DNA of 63,985 nt, filler included, from Candidatus Limnocylindrales bacterium (GCA_035559535.1; 3 parts of 3 records of this genome joined end to end with filler, not necessarily neighbours in it); one strand, 5' to 3'; shown: positions 39,111 through 50,701, counted from the first letter of the whole stretch. Translations and numbers: made by a program. The notes: a model not told the origin generated them from the sequence alone.

Positions 39111-39365
39111 AAAAGGTCAGGCTCAGGGTTAGAAGTTGGGTGTTTCTACCTTTGTGAAATGGGAGAAAGGATTTCTCACCCTTAGCTGGATACGGAGAGA
39201 ACCTTAGGTCGGTTTAGAAAGGGGTCAAAAGCCGGAAGTCACAATAAAACCGGATAAGCCACTCATCTCTCCCTGACCGGATCGGAGGTATGTAAATTCT
39301 GAACTTTGTTATTCGGATTCCTTCTGGTTCTTGACTCCTGCATAATTACATGATAAGGATCAGTT

Positions 39366-40325
39366 ATGAAACTTTGTAAATACCTATTGTTTGGTTGGAT
39401 TTTGTTCCTTTGGGTTCCTTCCCGTTCTTGGGGAGAGGTTAAAAATCCTGACGCCTTGCTGGAATTGACCCGACAAAAGGCTAAAGAAACCGATGCGCTC
39501 CTTCAACAGATTGAAGAGGATAATGCAATTATGGCCAAGTACGTTTTGTTGCTTTTCTCAAATCCACCCGAGAAGCCAATCTATAACCCCCATATCTATA
39601 CTTTTGACGAAACAGGGGTTTATGGGGATCACCAGCAGAAGAGTCAAACAAGTGTTTGGTTTAAAGGAAGGTCGGGTTCACTCCCAGAAGAAGTGATCAA
39701 GCAGATCCGGGCCACCGAATCCATGGAGAAACGGTATAAGGAACTTAAAAAGCGCTATGATTATATAAAATGGATTTACCTGATAACGGCAGAGGGTGTG
39801 ATTCGGGTTTATCCCCGGGAGGCCAAAGCGAAGTATCCTGGAGACTCCGATCCCCGGGAATCCCTGGCCTATGTTTGGGCAGGGCCTGAAAAAAATCCTC
39901 AGCATCAGACCGTCTGGACAGAACCTTACAAGGACCCCCAGGAAAAATGGATGGTGACCTGTTCCACCCCTCTGTATGAGAAGGGGACTTTTTTAGGCGT
40001 TCAAGCCCTGGATATAACCTTGGAGGAGCTGAAAGATAAGGTTCTTAAGGTAAAAGCCGGAAAAAGCAGCGTAGCCCTTTTGATCGACAAAAAAGGAAAC
40101 ATTCTGGCTCAATCTTCCCAGACTAAAGGAGATAAAAAAGAAGAAAGTTTTAACTATACCCATCTGGCTTCTTTACCTGATGAATCTATTCAGGGGATCA
40201 TTCAGAAATTAAGCGAAGGAAGAGAAGGGGTCGTTAAGCTCAAGATCCAGGATCAGCACCGGTATTTTGCCTTTGTTCCGGTTAAAACAACTGGATGGAT
40301 TTATGGGATTATAAGTAAAATGTGA
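39366..40325 (+). CDS. Stand-alone exported dCache-type sensor domain protein
   Basis: Signal peptide; DPR..Y, WTEPY.D, VT.S.P, G...GV...DI, LID..G, TGW; no second TM or output domain. Confidence 0.75.
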   Translation: MKLCKYLLFGWILFLWVPSRSWGEVKNPDALLELTRQKAKETDALLQQIEEDNAIMAKYVLLLFSNPPEKPIYNPHIYTFDETGVYGDHQQKSQTSVWFKGRSGSLPEEVIKQIRATESMEKRYKELKKRYDYIKWIYLITAEGVIRVYPREAKAKYPGDSDPRESLAYVWAGPEKNPQHQTVWTEPYKDPQEKWMVTCSTPLYEKGTFLGVQALDITLEELKDKVLKVKAGKSSVALLIDKKGNILAQSSQTKGDKKEESFNYTHLASLPDESIQGIIQKLSEGREGVVKLKIQDQHRYFAFVPVKTTGWIYGIISKM

Positions 40326-40446
40326 GAAAGATACCGGGGGATAACCTCTAAAAATTTTTCCTTGACTTCTCTATATATTTTTTGTTAACCTAATTGTTTT
40401 AATAAGCTGGTAATAAATTCTTACGGCTTAGAGAAAGGAGTTAGAT

Positions 40447-40863
40447 ATGTCGGAAAATGAGGAAAAAGGTTTCAAAATCATAGATCGAAGAGCTTCGAGT
40501 CAGGAGGCTGATAAGACCTCTAAACCTCAGGAGAAATCTCCTGCTTCGACGCAAGAGGAGAAGAAAGCCGGCGCAGCGGAGGAGAAAGCCGGTAAAAAAA
40601 CTCAACAGGTTCCCTTACCCGAGGCAAGTTTTTTATCTCTTATCTTTACCTTTTATGCTGATGCTCAGATTGGATTAGGTCTGGTTCCTAACCCTCTGAC
40701 TAAAAAAGTCGAGAAAGATTTGGTGAGAGCCAAATATCTTATTGATCTCTTAGGGATTCTCCAGGAGAAAACCAAGGGTAACCTGACCGCTGAAGAGGAA
40801 AGAACGTTAGAAGATATTCTGTTCCATCTTCGTATGATCTATGTCGAGGAGCTTAAAAAGTAA
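40447..40863 (+). CDS. DUF1844-domain protein
   Basis: F.I.DRR, LG...NP...DL..AK..IDLL..L.EKTKGNLT.EE...L...L..LRM.YV. Confidence 0.8.
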   Translation: MSENEEKGFKIIDRRASSQEADKTSKPQEKSPASTQEEKKAGAAEEKAGKKTQQVPLPEASFLSLIFTFYADAQIGLGLVPNPLTKKVEKDLVRAKYLIDLLGILQEKTKGNLTAEEERTLEDILFHLRMIYVEELKK

Positions 40864-40872
40864 TTCCAGCCT

Positions 40873-42834
40873 ATGAGAAGACCTGAGATCGGTTATAGAA
40901 AATATCCGGGTATCCCGATTATTTTACTTTTGATAACCTGGATTCAGGGGTTTGGGATATTGGAAATAGAAGCGGTACAGGGAGGAGAGTCTACAGTACC
41001 CGTGGGACAGGAATCCAAGGTACCCCCGGAACCGAAGATTTCCCCTTCCTCCCTGGAATCCCTTACAGGCCTGTGGTTTGAAGCCGTCGATCTCTTGCAG
41101 AAGAGAAACTATGAAGAGGCTAAACAGAAGTTGAGGGAGGTTAATACCAAAAAACAGGAGGTCGGTTTGGAGAGTCTCATTCCGGCGTCTGATGTGGTAA
41201 TTAGGGAGAGCGAGCTGATAAGGGGAGATTTTGCCGCTCAAGTCGATCTTTTAGAAATGGCCAGCAAATTGGCTCCTTACAATTGGCGGGCCCGATTTGC
41301 TTTGGCCAAACTTCATATAAGTAAAGGAAATCTTTATGGATTCGTGGTAGAGTCCCTTCGGGGTCTTAAGGATAAAATCCTGGATATCTATACCCTTTAT
41401 GCTTCCCTTAACAAAACATTGGAGATCCTGGCGCTCTCTTTATTTACAGCTTTCTCTCTGGTCATCTTATTTTCTTTTGTTCAGGTCCATAGAGCCCTAT
41501 TCCACGACATCCAGGAGCGACTTCCCGGATCTTTACCTCTCCTTCCCATTTCGATTATGGGGTGGGTCTTCCTGGCCATCGTCCTATGGATCGGAGGAGT
41601 CTTCTGGTTCATTCTTTTACTTTCCATCCTGACCTGGGGTTACCTGGAACCTCTGGGTAAAAGGTTTATTAAAGCCTTTTTGGTTTTTGTCTTTCTTCTT
41701 CCGCTGATCCTTCTCATCATGGGCATAACCCTCAACGCGTATCATACTCCTTATATTAAAGCCCTCCGGGATCTCAGTTACGGAATTTATAGCGGAGAAA
41801 CCGAAAAAATTTTTAAAGAAGCTCTGCAATCCGACCCATTCAATCCAGAGGCCAGCTTTTCCCTGGCCCTCATCAACAAGAAAAAAGGCTTCTTAGAAGC
41901 GGCTGAAAAAGGGTATCGAGAACTCATCGAGCGTTCTTATCAACTGGACAAAGTTTATACTAATTTGGGAAACGTTTATTATGCTGAGAAAAAATTCAAT
42001 GAGGCTATCAAAGCTTATGAGAGTGCCTTAGAGGAAAATCCTAAATTATTCTCCGCCCACTATAATCTGGCCCAGGCTCTGTGGCAAGATCCAGGTTCTT
42101 CGGAAAAAGCTGCCGGGGAACTAGATCAGGCCCAACGCCTGGATTACGATCGGTTTAATAAGATTCGGGAAATTGCAGGAACCAGTTCACATTATAACCT
42201 GGTTTTGGTAGATGAGTGGCTTCCCCGATATGCCCCCTTTATAGGTAGTCTTAAACTCTGGCAACCGGGGTATGAAGCCTCTAAAAAGATCTGGAACTTA
42301 TTCTCCAGACTGGATAATCCACTCTACCTGTTGGGGGTTGCTCCCTTCAGTTGGTGGATTTTAATCAAGGCTCTGGATCGCTTCCAAAGAAAAACGGGAT
42401 ATGCCTATTACTGTGAAATGTGTGGAGATCCCATATGTAAGTACTGCCAGCAGGGAAGCGGGACCCGGAAATTATGCACCTCCTGCAGCTATATTTTTGC
42501 GAAGCGGGGTGTGGTGAAACCCGGGAAACGGGAAGAAAAAATTCGCCAGGTCAAACGTTATGAACAGGCTCGACGCTGGACGGCTCGAATTACTTCCCTT
42601 CTGCTCCCGGGTTCAGGTCATATTTATCTGGGATATATGGGAAAGGGTTTTGTTATCGGCGGATTGATCGCCGTCCTTTTCTTTCATTTATCCCTTCAAA
42701 ATATATTCCTTTACGCCTATGAAGGGATTTCAACCCCTAATACCTTTGCAGTCTTTCTCACAGAATGGATTATCCTTTTAAGCATTTATGTATTCACCCT
42801 ACGGGACATTTTTTCTTTGGCACCCAGGAATTGA
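40873..42834 (+). CDS. TPR-repeat membrane protein with Cys-rich Zn finger
   Basis: Several TM helices, NLGN.Y/A.YNLA TPRs, CEMC..C..C..CTSC, LLPG.GH.Y.G TM2-like tail. Confidence 0.7.
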   Translation: MRRPEIGYRKYPGIPIILLLITWIQGFGILEIEAVQGGESTVPVGQESKVPPEPKISPSSLESLTGLWFEAVDLLQKRNYEEAKQKLREVNTKKQEVGLESLIPASDVVIRESELIRGDFAAQVDLLEMASKLAPYNWRARFALAKLHISKGNLYGFVVESLRGLKDKILDIYTLYASLNKTLEILALSLFTAFSLVILFSFVQVHRALFHDIQERLPGSLPLLPISIMGWVFLAIVLWIGGVFWFILLLSILTWGYLEPLGKRFIKAFLVFVFLLPLILLIMGITLNAYHTPYIKALRDLSYGIYSGETEKIFKEALQSDPFNPEASFSLALINKKKGFLEAAEKGYRELIERSYQLDKVYTNLGNVYYAEKKFNEAIKAYESALEENPKLFSAHYNLAQALWQDPGSSEKAAGELDQAQRLDYDRFNKIREIAGTSSHYNLVLVDEWLPRYAPFIGSLKLWQPGYEASKKIWNLFSRLDNPLYLLGVAPFSWWILIKALDRFQRKTGYAYYCEMCGDPICKYCQQGSGTRKLCTSCSYIFAKRGVVKPGKREEKIRQVKRYEQARRWTARITSLLLPGSGHIYLGYMGKGFVIGGLIAVLFFHLSLQNIFLYAYEGISTPNTFAVFLTEWIILLSIYVFTLRDIFSLAPRN

Positions 42835-42851
42835 TCACGGAGACGACTGTT

Positions 42852-44051
42852 ATGGCTCTAGCTGGCAATATTAAAGAGTTTAGCCTGGCAGATATTTTTC
42901 AAATTATCTCTTTACAACAAAAAACCGGGGAGCTATTTGTCAAAGGATCTGAAGGCTCTGTAACGATTATTTTTGAAAGGGGCGTCGTTATCGGTGCTGA
43001 TGCCTCTTTCCGACAGGTAGAAAGTCGGTTAGGCCAGGTTTTGGTCCGAAGCGGAAAAATTACCAAGTTTCAATTAAAGCGGGCCCTCGATAAGCAGAAA
43101 AAAACTCTCCAACCCCTTGGAACCATTCTGGCTGAACTGGGGGATGTGGATATAGAAAGCCTAAGACAGGCACTCTCCCAACAGATCCAGGAAACCATCT
43201 ACCATCTGCTAAGATGGACCGATGGAGAATATAAATTCACACCAAAAAAATCTGTTGAGTACGATAAAAATCTTATCAAACCCATCAATACCGAATTTCT
43301 CGTCATGGAAGGATTCCGAATCACAGACGAGTGGCCCGAGATCGAAAAAAGAATTCCCTCTTTTCAGGTGGTCGTTCGTCGGGTTCCTGGCGCCAGCCTG
43401 CCCAACCCCGATGAGGTAGAATCCATGGACTCCGAGGAGGAGGTTAAGATTTCTGAAAATCAGAAGAAAATCTTTGATTTATTAGAATCAGAAAAAACCA
43501 TCCAGGATCTCATCGATATGAGTCATCTGGGAGAATTCGATACCTGCCAGACCGTCTATGCCCTCATGACCAAGGGTTTGGTAGAAAAAGTTCCGGAAGG
43601 AGAGGTTAAAAAGAAACCCAAAGAGATTTCTTCAAGGGGTTACCCAGGTCTTACAGAAAAGCTTTATGTGCTTGGGGGTATCCTCATGCTGGGGCTGATC
43701 CTGTGGATAGGATTCCAGGTTGGATTAAAAAATTCGGTTTTTCTTTATCCCGGACAATCTCCCACAGGTCTCCAGTTCCTCAAGGAAGAATCGACTAAGT
43801 CTGAATTAACTAAAATGCAAGAGATCTTAACGGCTTACTATGTACGGTATAGGCAATACCCGGCTTCTTTAGATGAATTGGTTATAAAGGGTTTTATTCG
43901 GGAACACGATCTTTATGATCCCTGGGGTCATAAATACCTGTGGACAAAAACCGAGACGGGCATGGTACTGTCCAGTGTCGGGCCCGATGGTAAAGCCCAG
44001 ACGAATGATGATATCCTGGGGAGTCCTTTAACCGGTAGCCTTTTATTCTGA
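42852..44051 (+). CDS. DUF4388-domain membrane protein with MshEN-like motif and GspG-like C-terminus
   Basis: L.G.I..F.LADI.Q.I....KTG.L; RLG..LV..G.I...QL..AL..Q; YP.SL..L..DPWG..Y...S.GPDG..T.DD. Confidence 0.75.
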   Translation: MALAGNIKEFSLADIFQIISLQQKTGELFVKGSEGSVTIIFERGVVIGADASFRQVESRLGQVLVRSGKITKFQLKRALDKQKKTLQPLGTILAELGDVDIESLRQALSQQIQETIYHLLRWTDGEYKFTPKKSVEYDKNLIKPINTEFLVMEGFRITDEWPEIEKRIPSFQVVVRRVPGASLPNPDEVESMDSEEEVKISENQKKIFDLLESEKTIQDLIDMSHLGEFDTCQTVYALMTKGLVEKVPEGEVKKKPKEISSRGYPGLTEKLYVLGGILMLGLILWIGFQVGLKNSVFLYPGQSPTGLQFLKEESTKSELTKMQEILTAYYVRYRQYPASLDELVIKGFIREHDLYDPWGHKYLWTKTETGMVLSSVGPDGKAQTNDDILGSPLTGSLLF

Positions 44052-44785
44052 TGCCCAACATCAGGCTTAAACTCCAATACGACGGAACCTGCTACCATGG
44101 CTGGCAAGCTCAAAGAAATGTAAGGACCGTACAAGGAGAGTTAATAGCCGCTATAAAGAAAATGACCGGAGAAGAGGTAGATCTGGTAGGGGCGAGTAGG
44201 ACAGATAAAGGAGTCCATGCGCTTGGACAAGTGGCCAATTTCCATACTACCCGCCCGCTTCCTGCTTTAGCTTTCCTTAAAGGATTAAACAGTTTAACCT
44301 CCGACGATATTCTCATTTTAGAAGCTGAAGTAGTTCCGGAGGATTTTAACATCCGGTTTGATGCAAAGAGTAAGATTTATGTGTATCAAATCCTTAATGC
44401 CAGAACCCCTTCCATCTACCATCGCAGGTTTTGTTGGTTTCTCAGAGATCGTTTAGATATAGAGGCTATGAGAGAAGCTGCGAAATATCTGGAAGGTCAA
44501 CACGATTTTAAGTCTTTTCAGGCAAGTTCTCCGGATTCTGGATCTACAATTCGAACCATTTATAACATTCGTATTACACAACGTAGAGACTTTATATGGA
44601 TTTTTATCAAAGCAAATGCTTTTCTTTATAAGATGGTCCGAAATATTGTCGGAACCCTGGTTGAGATAGGCCAGAAAAAGAGGGAAATCCAGGAGATGTC
44701 GAAAATTCTTGCTGCACGAGACCGGAAAGCCGCCGGAATCACAGCACCCGCTCAAGGATTATTTTTAGCCAGAGTTTATTATTAA
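44051..44785 (+). CDS. truA: tRNA pseudouridine(38-40) synthase
   Basis: YDGT.Y.GWQ.Q, SRTDKGVHA.GQ, FL.KMVR..VG, TAP..GL.L. Confidence 0.95.
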   Translation: MPNIRLKLQYDGTCYHGWQAQRNVRTVQGELIAAIKKMTGEEVDLVGASRTDKGVHALGQVANFHTTRPLPALAFLKGLNSLTSDDILILEAEVVPEDFNIRFDAKSKIYVYQILNARTPSIYHRRFCWFLRDRLDIEAMREAAKYLEGQHDFKSFQASSPDSGSTIRTIYNIRITQRRDFIWIFIKANAFLYKMVRNIVGTLVEIGQKKREIQEMSKILAARDRKAAGITAPAQGLFLARVYY

Positions 44786-44831
44786 ACAAACCAAATTTTT
44801 TAAACCTTTTTAAGATTATTGTGTCTATTTT

Positions 44832-45410
44832 GTGCAGGAAAGTAAATTTTTAAAAAAAACAGATTTCGAACTGATCGATCTGGCTTTAGCAGGAAGTGAA
44901 CTGGCCTTTGAAGAATTGGTTAATCGGTATAAAAAGGCGGTGTATTACCTTGCTTTTAGAATTGTCAAAGATCATGAGGATGCCGTAGACTTATCCCAGG
45001 AAGCATTTTTTAGAGCTTATCAATCCCTGAAAAAATTTCGTAAAAACTCAAGCTTTCATACCTGGCTCTACCGCATTACCGTTAATTTAGGGATTAACCA
45101 TCTGAGGCGAAATAGAGATAAAGCTCAAGTAGAGTTGGAAGATCTGCATACTGTTATGCAGACAAGTACCCTGGAGGCTCTAGAGTTTAAAGAACTTCAG
45201 GAGGTCGTGAACAAAGCGATAGACCGCCTGCCGGAAAAACAGAAAGTTACTGTAATCTTGCGAGTTTGTCACGGTTTCTCGCACAAGGAAATATCTCAAG
45301 TTCTACAATGTTCTGTCGGGACTGTAAAGGCCAATTATTTCCATGCTATTCGTAATCTGCGGGATTTTATGAAAGGTTATATTTCAACGAAGGAGGAAAT
45401 TACGAGATGA
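44832..45410 (+). CDS. ECF RNA polymerase sigma factor
   Basis: DA.DL.QEAF, F.TWLYRI..N, region 4 S..EI...L..SVGTVK. Confidence 0.9.
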   Translation: MQESKFLKKTDFELIDLALAGSELAFEELVNRYKKAVYYLAFRIVKDHEDAVDLSQEAFFRAYQSLKKFRKNSSFHTWLYRITVNLGINHLRRNRDKAQVELEDLHTVMQTSTLEALEFKELQEVVNKAIDRLPEKQKVTVILRVCHGFSHKEISQVLQCSVGTVKANYFHAIRNLRDFMKGYISTKEEITR

Positions 45411-46093
45411 ACTGTGAAGATGTCAGGATAAGACTCATAGATTATTATGAAGGGGAGCTGAATCATCAAGAGCAGAATTTCTTGGAAGGTCACTTGAGGA
45501 GATGTAAAAGTTGTTTAATTGAGTTAGATCAGTTTATTTATACCCTCGAACTGGTACTTCGATCTTGTTTTGTCCCGGAATTACCCGATGTATTCTGGTC
45601 GCAGTTCACAACCGATGTACTCAATAGAATTCGAAGGGAAAAGGAGAAAACGCCCTTACCCTGGTTTTTCAAATTTCCTCGTATCCAGTTTAATTTTGCC
45701 ATTACCGCCTGGGCGGCTCTGCTCCTTTTTGCTTTGGGATTTTTAGGTTATTTTGGTTATGTGAACTACAAAAAGGATCAAACCCCTTTACCTTTAAAGG
45801 AAATGGTCTTGAAGAAGGAAGAGCTAACCCCCGATATGGATGTAAAAACCCTGGTCAAAATGCTTCAAGAAGATCCCCAAAGTGATGAAAATATGCTGAA
45901 TAGCCTCCTGGGACGGGTGGCTTTAGATAAAGTGGAAGATCTGGCCGACTACGAGCGTGTTCTACTGGAAGTGGGTTCTATTTTTGATCCATCCGAGACC
46001 GATGGAATAGAAGTTTATATCGAAGCGGTGTTAAAAAGTTTAAGTGAAAAGGAAAAAGAAGCTCTTCTCGCAAAACTCCATAATATGATCTAA
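45407..46093 (+). CDS. zf-HC2 transmembrane anti-sigma factor
   Basis: MNC...HL..C..C ZAS motif, single TM, overlaps the sigma stop codon. Confidence 0.85.
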   Translation: MNCEDVRIRLIDYYEGELNHQEQNFLEGHLRRCKSCLIELDQFIYTLELVLRSCFVPELPDVFWSQFTTDVLNRIRREKEKTPLPWFFKFPRIQFNFAITAWAALLLFALGFLGYFGYVNYKKDQTPLPLKEMVLKKEELTPDMDVKTLVKMLQEDPQSDENMLNSLLGRVALDKVEDLADYERVLLEVGSIFDPSETDGIEVYIEAVLKSLSEKEKEALLAKLHNMI

Positions 46094-46121
46094 ATAAAGA
46101 AAGTATAAATAGATAAAGGAG

Positions 46122-46799
46122 GTGAGAATAGTGTCGAGGGAGAAACTTTTGTGCTTGTCCAAAATGATTGTGCTGATGAGCTTGATGTCGATCCCCATGA
46201 AGGTATTTGCCCTGGAAGGAGAGGAGAGTCGATTGCGAAGAAATACGTTGTCCGGAAATAACTTGCAAGGAAGTATACTTCAGGGAAACCTTTCCCAGGG
46301 AAGTATTCCGCAGGGGGGATCTCCCGGAGCTAAAGATGAGGAAATACGTCGAACGTTGGGATTGGTCAGAAATCTCAAGCTGGTTAAAGAGCTCAGTCTC
46401 CCCGAAGATAAGGCCAGTATGGTTCTTGAAAAGCTTAGAAGGATGGACCAGCTACAAAGCAACTTTAACCAGCAACGTCGGGGTGTGGTATCTCAGTTGG
46501 AAAAGCTGGTTAACTCTTCAAATCCGGAACAGTTAGAACTAAAAGCAAAACTTCGGGAACTCAAAGAAATCGAAACGAACTACGTCAGTGAAAAAGAACG
46601 TACTAAAAAGGAAATTTACGATTTGTTGACCCCCCAGCAACGGGCTCAGTACATACTATTTCAGCAGAGGTTTCAGAATGAACTCCGTCAGGTGATTACA
46701 GATATTAGAAGGAATAATCAAACTATAAATACAACCGAAAGTGGCACCTCGGTCCAGCGACTCAGAGAAGGAACTATTTTACAAAATCGTAGAAGATAA
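46122..46799 (+). CDS. Periplasmic Spy/CpxP-like helical protein
   Basis: Signal peptide, L.L...., LT..QRA motif, third gene of a sigma/anti-sigma triad. Confidence 0.6.
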   Translation: MRIVSREKLLCLSKMIVLMSLMSIPMKVFALEGEESRLRRNTLSGNNLQGSILQGNLSQGSIPQGGSPGAKDEEIRRTLGLVRNLKLVKELSLPEDKASMVLEKLRRMDQLQSNFNQQRRGVVSQLEKLVNSSNPEQLELKAKLRELKEIETNYVSEKERTKKEIYDLLTPQQRAQYILFQQRFQNELRQVITDIRRNNQTINTTESGTSVQRLREGTILQNRRR

Positions 46800-46961
46800 G
46801 AGGGAATCTAGGGCCTGGAAAATAGGTAGGAAAATCCTTTGTAAAAGATAAGAATCACTTCTGTATAATAAGTGTCTTTGCGGTTATCAAAGAAACAGCC
46901 TCTTAAGTAGGATATTCATTGGTTTTTCCTTTAAATTTTTCCTTAAAATTTTTGGGAACTG

Positions 46962-46991
46962 TTGACAAGCCATAAAGAGTTATTGTATATT
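46962..46991 (+). promoter_or_regulatory. rRNA operon promoter
   Basis: TTGACA-18 nt-TATATT with an AT-rich upstream element. Confidence 0.6.
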
Positions 46992-47045
46992 AAAAAGTGC
47001 TCCATCTGAACGATGAAGGAGTTTCAGGTGGAGAGGGTTATTGTT

Positions 47046-47057
47046 TGTTCTTTGAAA
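47046..47057 (+). promoter_or_regulatory. rRNA antitermination boxA
   Basis: TGTTCTTTGAAA in the 16S leader. Confidence 0.75.
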
Positions 47058-47123
47058 TTTGAGCGGGTTGATGGAAAAGAAGGAAACGAAGTCAACCTGA
47101 GAGTTTCAAAGTTTTAAGAAGTA

Positions 47124-47230
47124 ATTACGGAGAGTTTGATCCTGGCTCAGAACGAACGCTTGCGGCGTGCCTAACACATGCAAGTCGAGCGAGAACGGGA
47201 GGCAACTCCCTAGTAAAGCGGCAGACGGGT
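47124..47230 (+). rRNA. rrs: 16S rRNA, 5' fragment
   Basis: AGAGTTTGATCCTGGCTCAG (27F site) at 47131, CACATGCAAGTCGA; cut by the contig end. Confidence 0.97.
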
Positions 47231-47330
47231 NNNNNNNNNNNNNNNNNNNNNNNNNNNNNNNNNNNNNNNNNNNNTTAATTAATTAANNNNNNNNNNNNNN
47301 NNNNNNNNNNNNNNNNNNNNNNNNNNNNNN
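47231..47330. other. Artificial contig-join spacer
   Basis: N44-TTAATTAATTAA-N44. Confidence 0.97.
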
Positions 47331-47470
47331 TAGTTCTTCGCCTGGGCCAATCCCTGTAAGGCCAATACCTTGGTAATCGCACTGGTTAAGGTCGTCTTGC
47401 CGTGGTCTACGTGCCCAATGGTCCCTATATTCACGTGCGGCTTCGTCCGCTCAAATTTCGCTTTGCTCAT
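47331..47470 (-). CDS. tuf: Elongation factor Tu, 5' fragment
   Basis: [29 protein letters not shown]. Confidence 0.97.
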
Positions 47471-47555
47471 CTGTAGAGACTCTCCCCGGTCGGTTGTTCG
47501 TTATTCGTTGTTTACTGGACCAACAACGGATAAGGGACAGCCGACAGGAGATGAT

Positions 47556-49634
47556 TTAACCTTTTTTTCCTGAAACAATTTCTTGGGTAATGTTATAGGG
47601 GGTTTCACCATAATGAGAGAACTGCATGGTGTAAGTAGCACGCCCTTGGGTTCTAGAACGTATATTGGTCGCATATCCAAACATTTCAGAAAGGGGCACG
47701 TTAGCCCTGATCACCCGGGCCCCCCCTCGGGTTTCCATATTAAGAACTTTTCCCCTTCGGGAATTTAGATCTCCAATGACATCACCCAAGTATTCTTCGG
47801 GAATTACCACTTCCACATCCATAATAGGTTCTAACAGAACCGGATCTCCCCGTTTACAAGCTTCCTTGAAAGCCATGGATCCGGCTATTTTAAAAGCCAT
47901 TTCTGAGGAATCTACTTCATGATAAGATCCATCAAAGAGCTCAACCTTCACATCCACTACCGGATAACCAGCCAAAGATCCTGTTTCCATGGCTTCAGCG
48001 ATCCCTTTTTCTACGGCAGGTATATATTCTTTCGGAATTACACCTCCCACAATCTTATTTTCAAATTTAAATCCTTCTCCCCGATTCAAAGGACTTACTT
48101 TTATCTTTACATGGCCGTACTGACCCCGACCTCCGGTCTGTCGGATGAATTTCCCTTCGGCCTCAGCTTCTTTCTTGATGGTTTCCTTGTAAGCGACCTG
48201 GGGTTTTCCGATATTGGCTTCAACTTTAAATTCTCTGAGAAGGCGATCTGTGATAATTTCCAGATGGAGTTCCCCCATTCCAGAGATAAGAGTTTGCCCG
48301 GTTTCGGGGTCCACCTTAACTTTAAAGGTAGGATCTTCATGGGTCAGTCGCGCCAGGCTGGTACCCAGTTTTTCCTGATCTGCTTTCGTTTTCGGCTCAA
48401 TAGCAACCGAAATAACCGGTTCGGGAAATTTCATCGATTCCAACACAATGGGTTTATTTTCATCACAAAGCGTATCTCCCGTGGCGGTATTTTTTAATCC
48501 AATGGCGGCTACAATATCTCCGGCGTAAACGACCTTGACTTCTTCTCGTTTGTTGGCATGCATGCGGAGTAAGCGACCTATACGCTCCTTCGTCCCTTTG
48601 GTTGAATTATAAACCGAGGATCCTGACTCTAGAGTCCCGGAGTACGTGCGTAAGAAGGTCAACTGACCTACGTAAGGGTCGTTCATGATCTTAAAGGCCA
48701 GAGCAGACAACGGAGCCTCATCATCAGCAGCTCGGGTTTCTTCCATCTCGGTGATGGGATTGACTCCCAATACCGGTGGAATATCCACTGGAGAGGGTAA
48801 ATAATAGATAACGGCATCAAGGAGAGGTTGAACGCCTTTATTCTTGAAAGAAGCGCCGCATAATACCGGGATAAACGAAACGGTTAGGGTCGCTTTCCGA
48901 ATAGCGCCACGTATTTCTTCCTCGGAGATTTCTTTTCCTTCCAGATATTTTTCAAGGATGACCTCATCGACCTCACTAAGGGCTTCCAGGAGTTTTTCCC
49001 GATAAATCTCAGCATCTTTCTTCAACTCTTCAGGAATATTCACAACTGAATAAGTGGCTCCCAAACTCTCCGTGTCGTATATAATGGCCTTCATGGTAAT
49101 GAGATCCACAACCCCTTTGAAACTTTCCTCTTTTCCAACGGGAATTTGTACAGGTACGGCATTAGCAGCGAGCCGTTCCCTTATCATTTCCACCACATGA
49201 AAGAAATCAGCTCCGGTTCGGTCCATTTTATTGACGAAGGCAATTCGTGGTACACGATACCGATCTGCCTGCCGCCATACCGTCTCGGATTGCGGCTCTA
49301 CGCCACCGACGGCACAAAAGACTGCAATGGCTCCATCTAACACCCGCAAGGATCTTTCAACTTCTACGGTAAAATCCACATGACCTGGGGTATCGATGAT
49401 ATTGATCTTATGGTCTTTCCAAAAAGCAGTCGTTGATGCGGAGGTAATGGTAATTCCCCTTTCCTGCTCCTGCTCCATCCAATCCATGGTTGCAGTTCCC
49501 TCATCGACCTCGCCAATGCGGTGGGTTTTACCCGTATAGTATAAAATTCTCTCTGTTGTCGTTGTCTTACCGGCATCAATGTGAGCCATGATACCGATAT
49601 TTCTACATTTTTTTAAAGGTACTCGCTGTTCCAT
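47556..49634 (-). CDS. fusA: Elongation factor G
   Basis: [26 protein letters not shown]. Confidence 0.98.
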   Translation of the reverse strand: MEQRVPLKKCRNIGIMAHIDAGKTTTTERILYYTGKTHRIGEVDEGTATMDWMEQEQERGITITSASTTAFWKDHKINIIDTPGHVDFTVEVERSLRVLDGAIAVFCAVGGVEPQSETVWRQADRYRVPRIAFVNKMDRTGADFFHVVEMIRERLAANAVPVQIPVGKEESFKGVVDLITMKAIIYDTESLGATYSVVNIPEELKKDAEIYREKLLEALSEVDEVILEKYLEGKEISEEEIRGAIRKATLTVSFIPVLCGASFKNKGVQPLLDAVIYYLPSPVDIPPVLGVNPITEMEETRAADDEAPLSALAFKIMNDPYVGQLTFLRTYSGTLESGSSVYNSTKGTKERIGRLLRMHANKREEVKVVYAGDIVAAIGLKNTATGDTLCDENKPIVLESMKFPEPVISVAIEPKTKADQEKLGTSLARLTHEDPTFKVKVDPETGQTLISGMGELHLEIITDRLLREFKVEANIGKPQVAYKETIKKEAEAEGKFIRQTGGRGQYGHVKIKVSPLNRGEGFKFENKIVGGVIPKEYIPAVEKGIAEAMETGSLAGYPVVDVKVELFDGSYHEVDSSEMAFKIAGSMAFKEACKRGDPVLLEPIMDVEVVIPEEYLGDVIGDLNSRRGKVLNMETRGGARVIRANVPLSEMFGYATNIRSRTQGRATYTMQFSHYGETPYNITQEIVSGKKG

Positions 49635-49659
49635 CCTTCCTCACTCTCGGATACCGTTT

Positions 49660-50142
<483 letters not shown>

Positions 50143-50248
50143 TCAAGCCTCTAAAATGTCTTTTAAGTGCTTTAGACACTTTCGCTTACTTAAAAACTTA
50201 AAACACTTTAGGTACTTTAGTTTATTCAAAAACTTAAAACTCCTTTAA

Positions 50249-50623
50249 CTATTTCTTCGGTCTCTTAGCTCCATATTTAGAGCGACCCTGGAATCTATTC
50301 TGGACCCCTGCACTATCTAAAGCTCCCCGAATGATATGATACCGTACACCGGGAAGATCTTTAACGCGCCCTCCTCTTACCAGAACGATGGAGTGCTCTT
50401 GCAGGTTATGTCCGATTCCAGGAATATAAGAGGTAATTTCTATGCCATTGGTTAAGCGAACTCTGGCAACTTTTCTAAGTGCGGAATTAGGTTTTTTAGG
50501 AGTTGTTGTGTAAACTCGGACACAAACTCCCCGCTTCTGCGGAGACGCTCTTAAAGCAGGACTATGTGTCTTTGATTTAACCTTTTCACGCCCTTTTCTG
50601 ATCAGCTGATTAACTGTCGGCAT
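50249..50623 (-). CDS. rpsL: 30S ribosomal protein S12
   Basis: [23 protein letters not shown]. Confidence 0.98.
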   Translation of the reverse strand: MPTVNQLIRKGREKVKSKTHSPALRASPQKRGVCVRVYTTTPKKPNSALRKVARVRLTNGIEITSYIPGIGHNLQEHSIVLVRGGRVKDLPGVRYHIIRGALDSAGVQNRFQGRSKYGAKRPKK

Positions 50624-50701
50624 TTAGCAATGAAACAATGAACAATGAACCATTAACTCGAGCTAATGGTTCATTGTTAATTATTAATAAGGTAACGCTA
50701 T

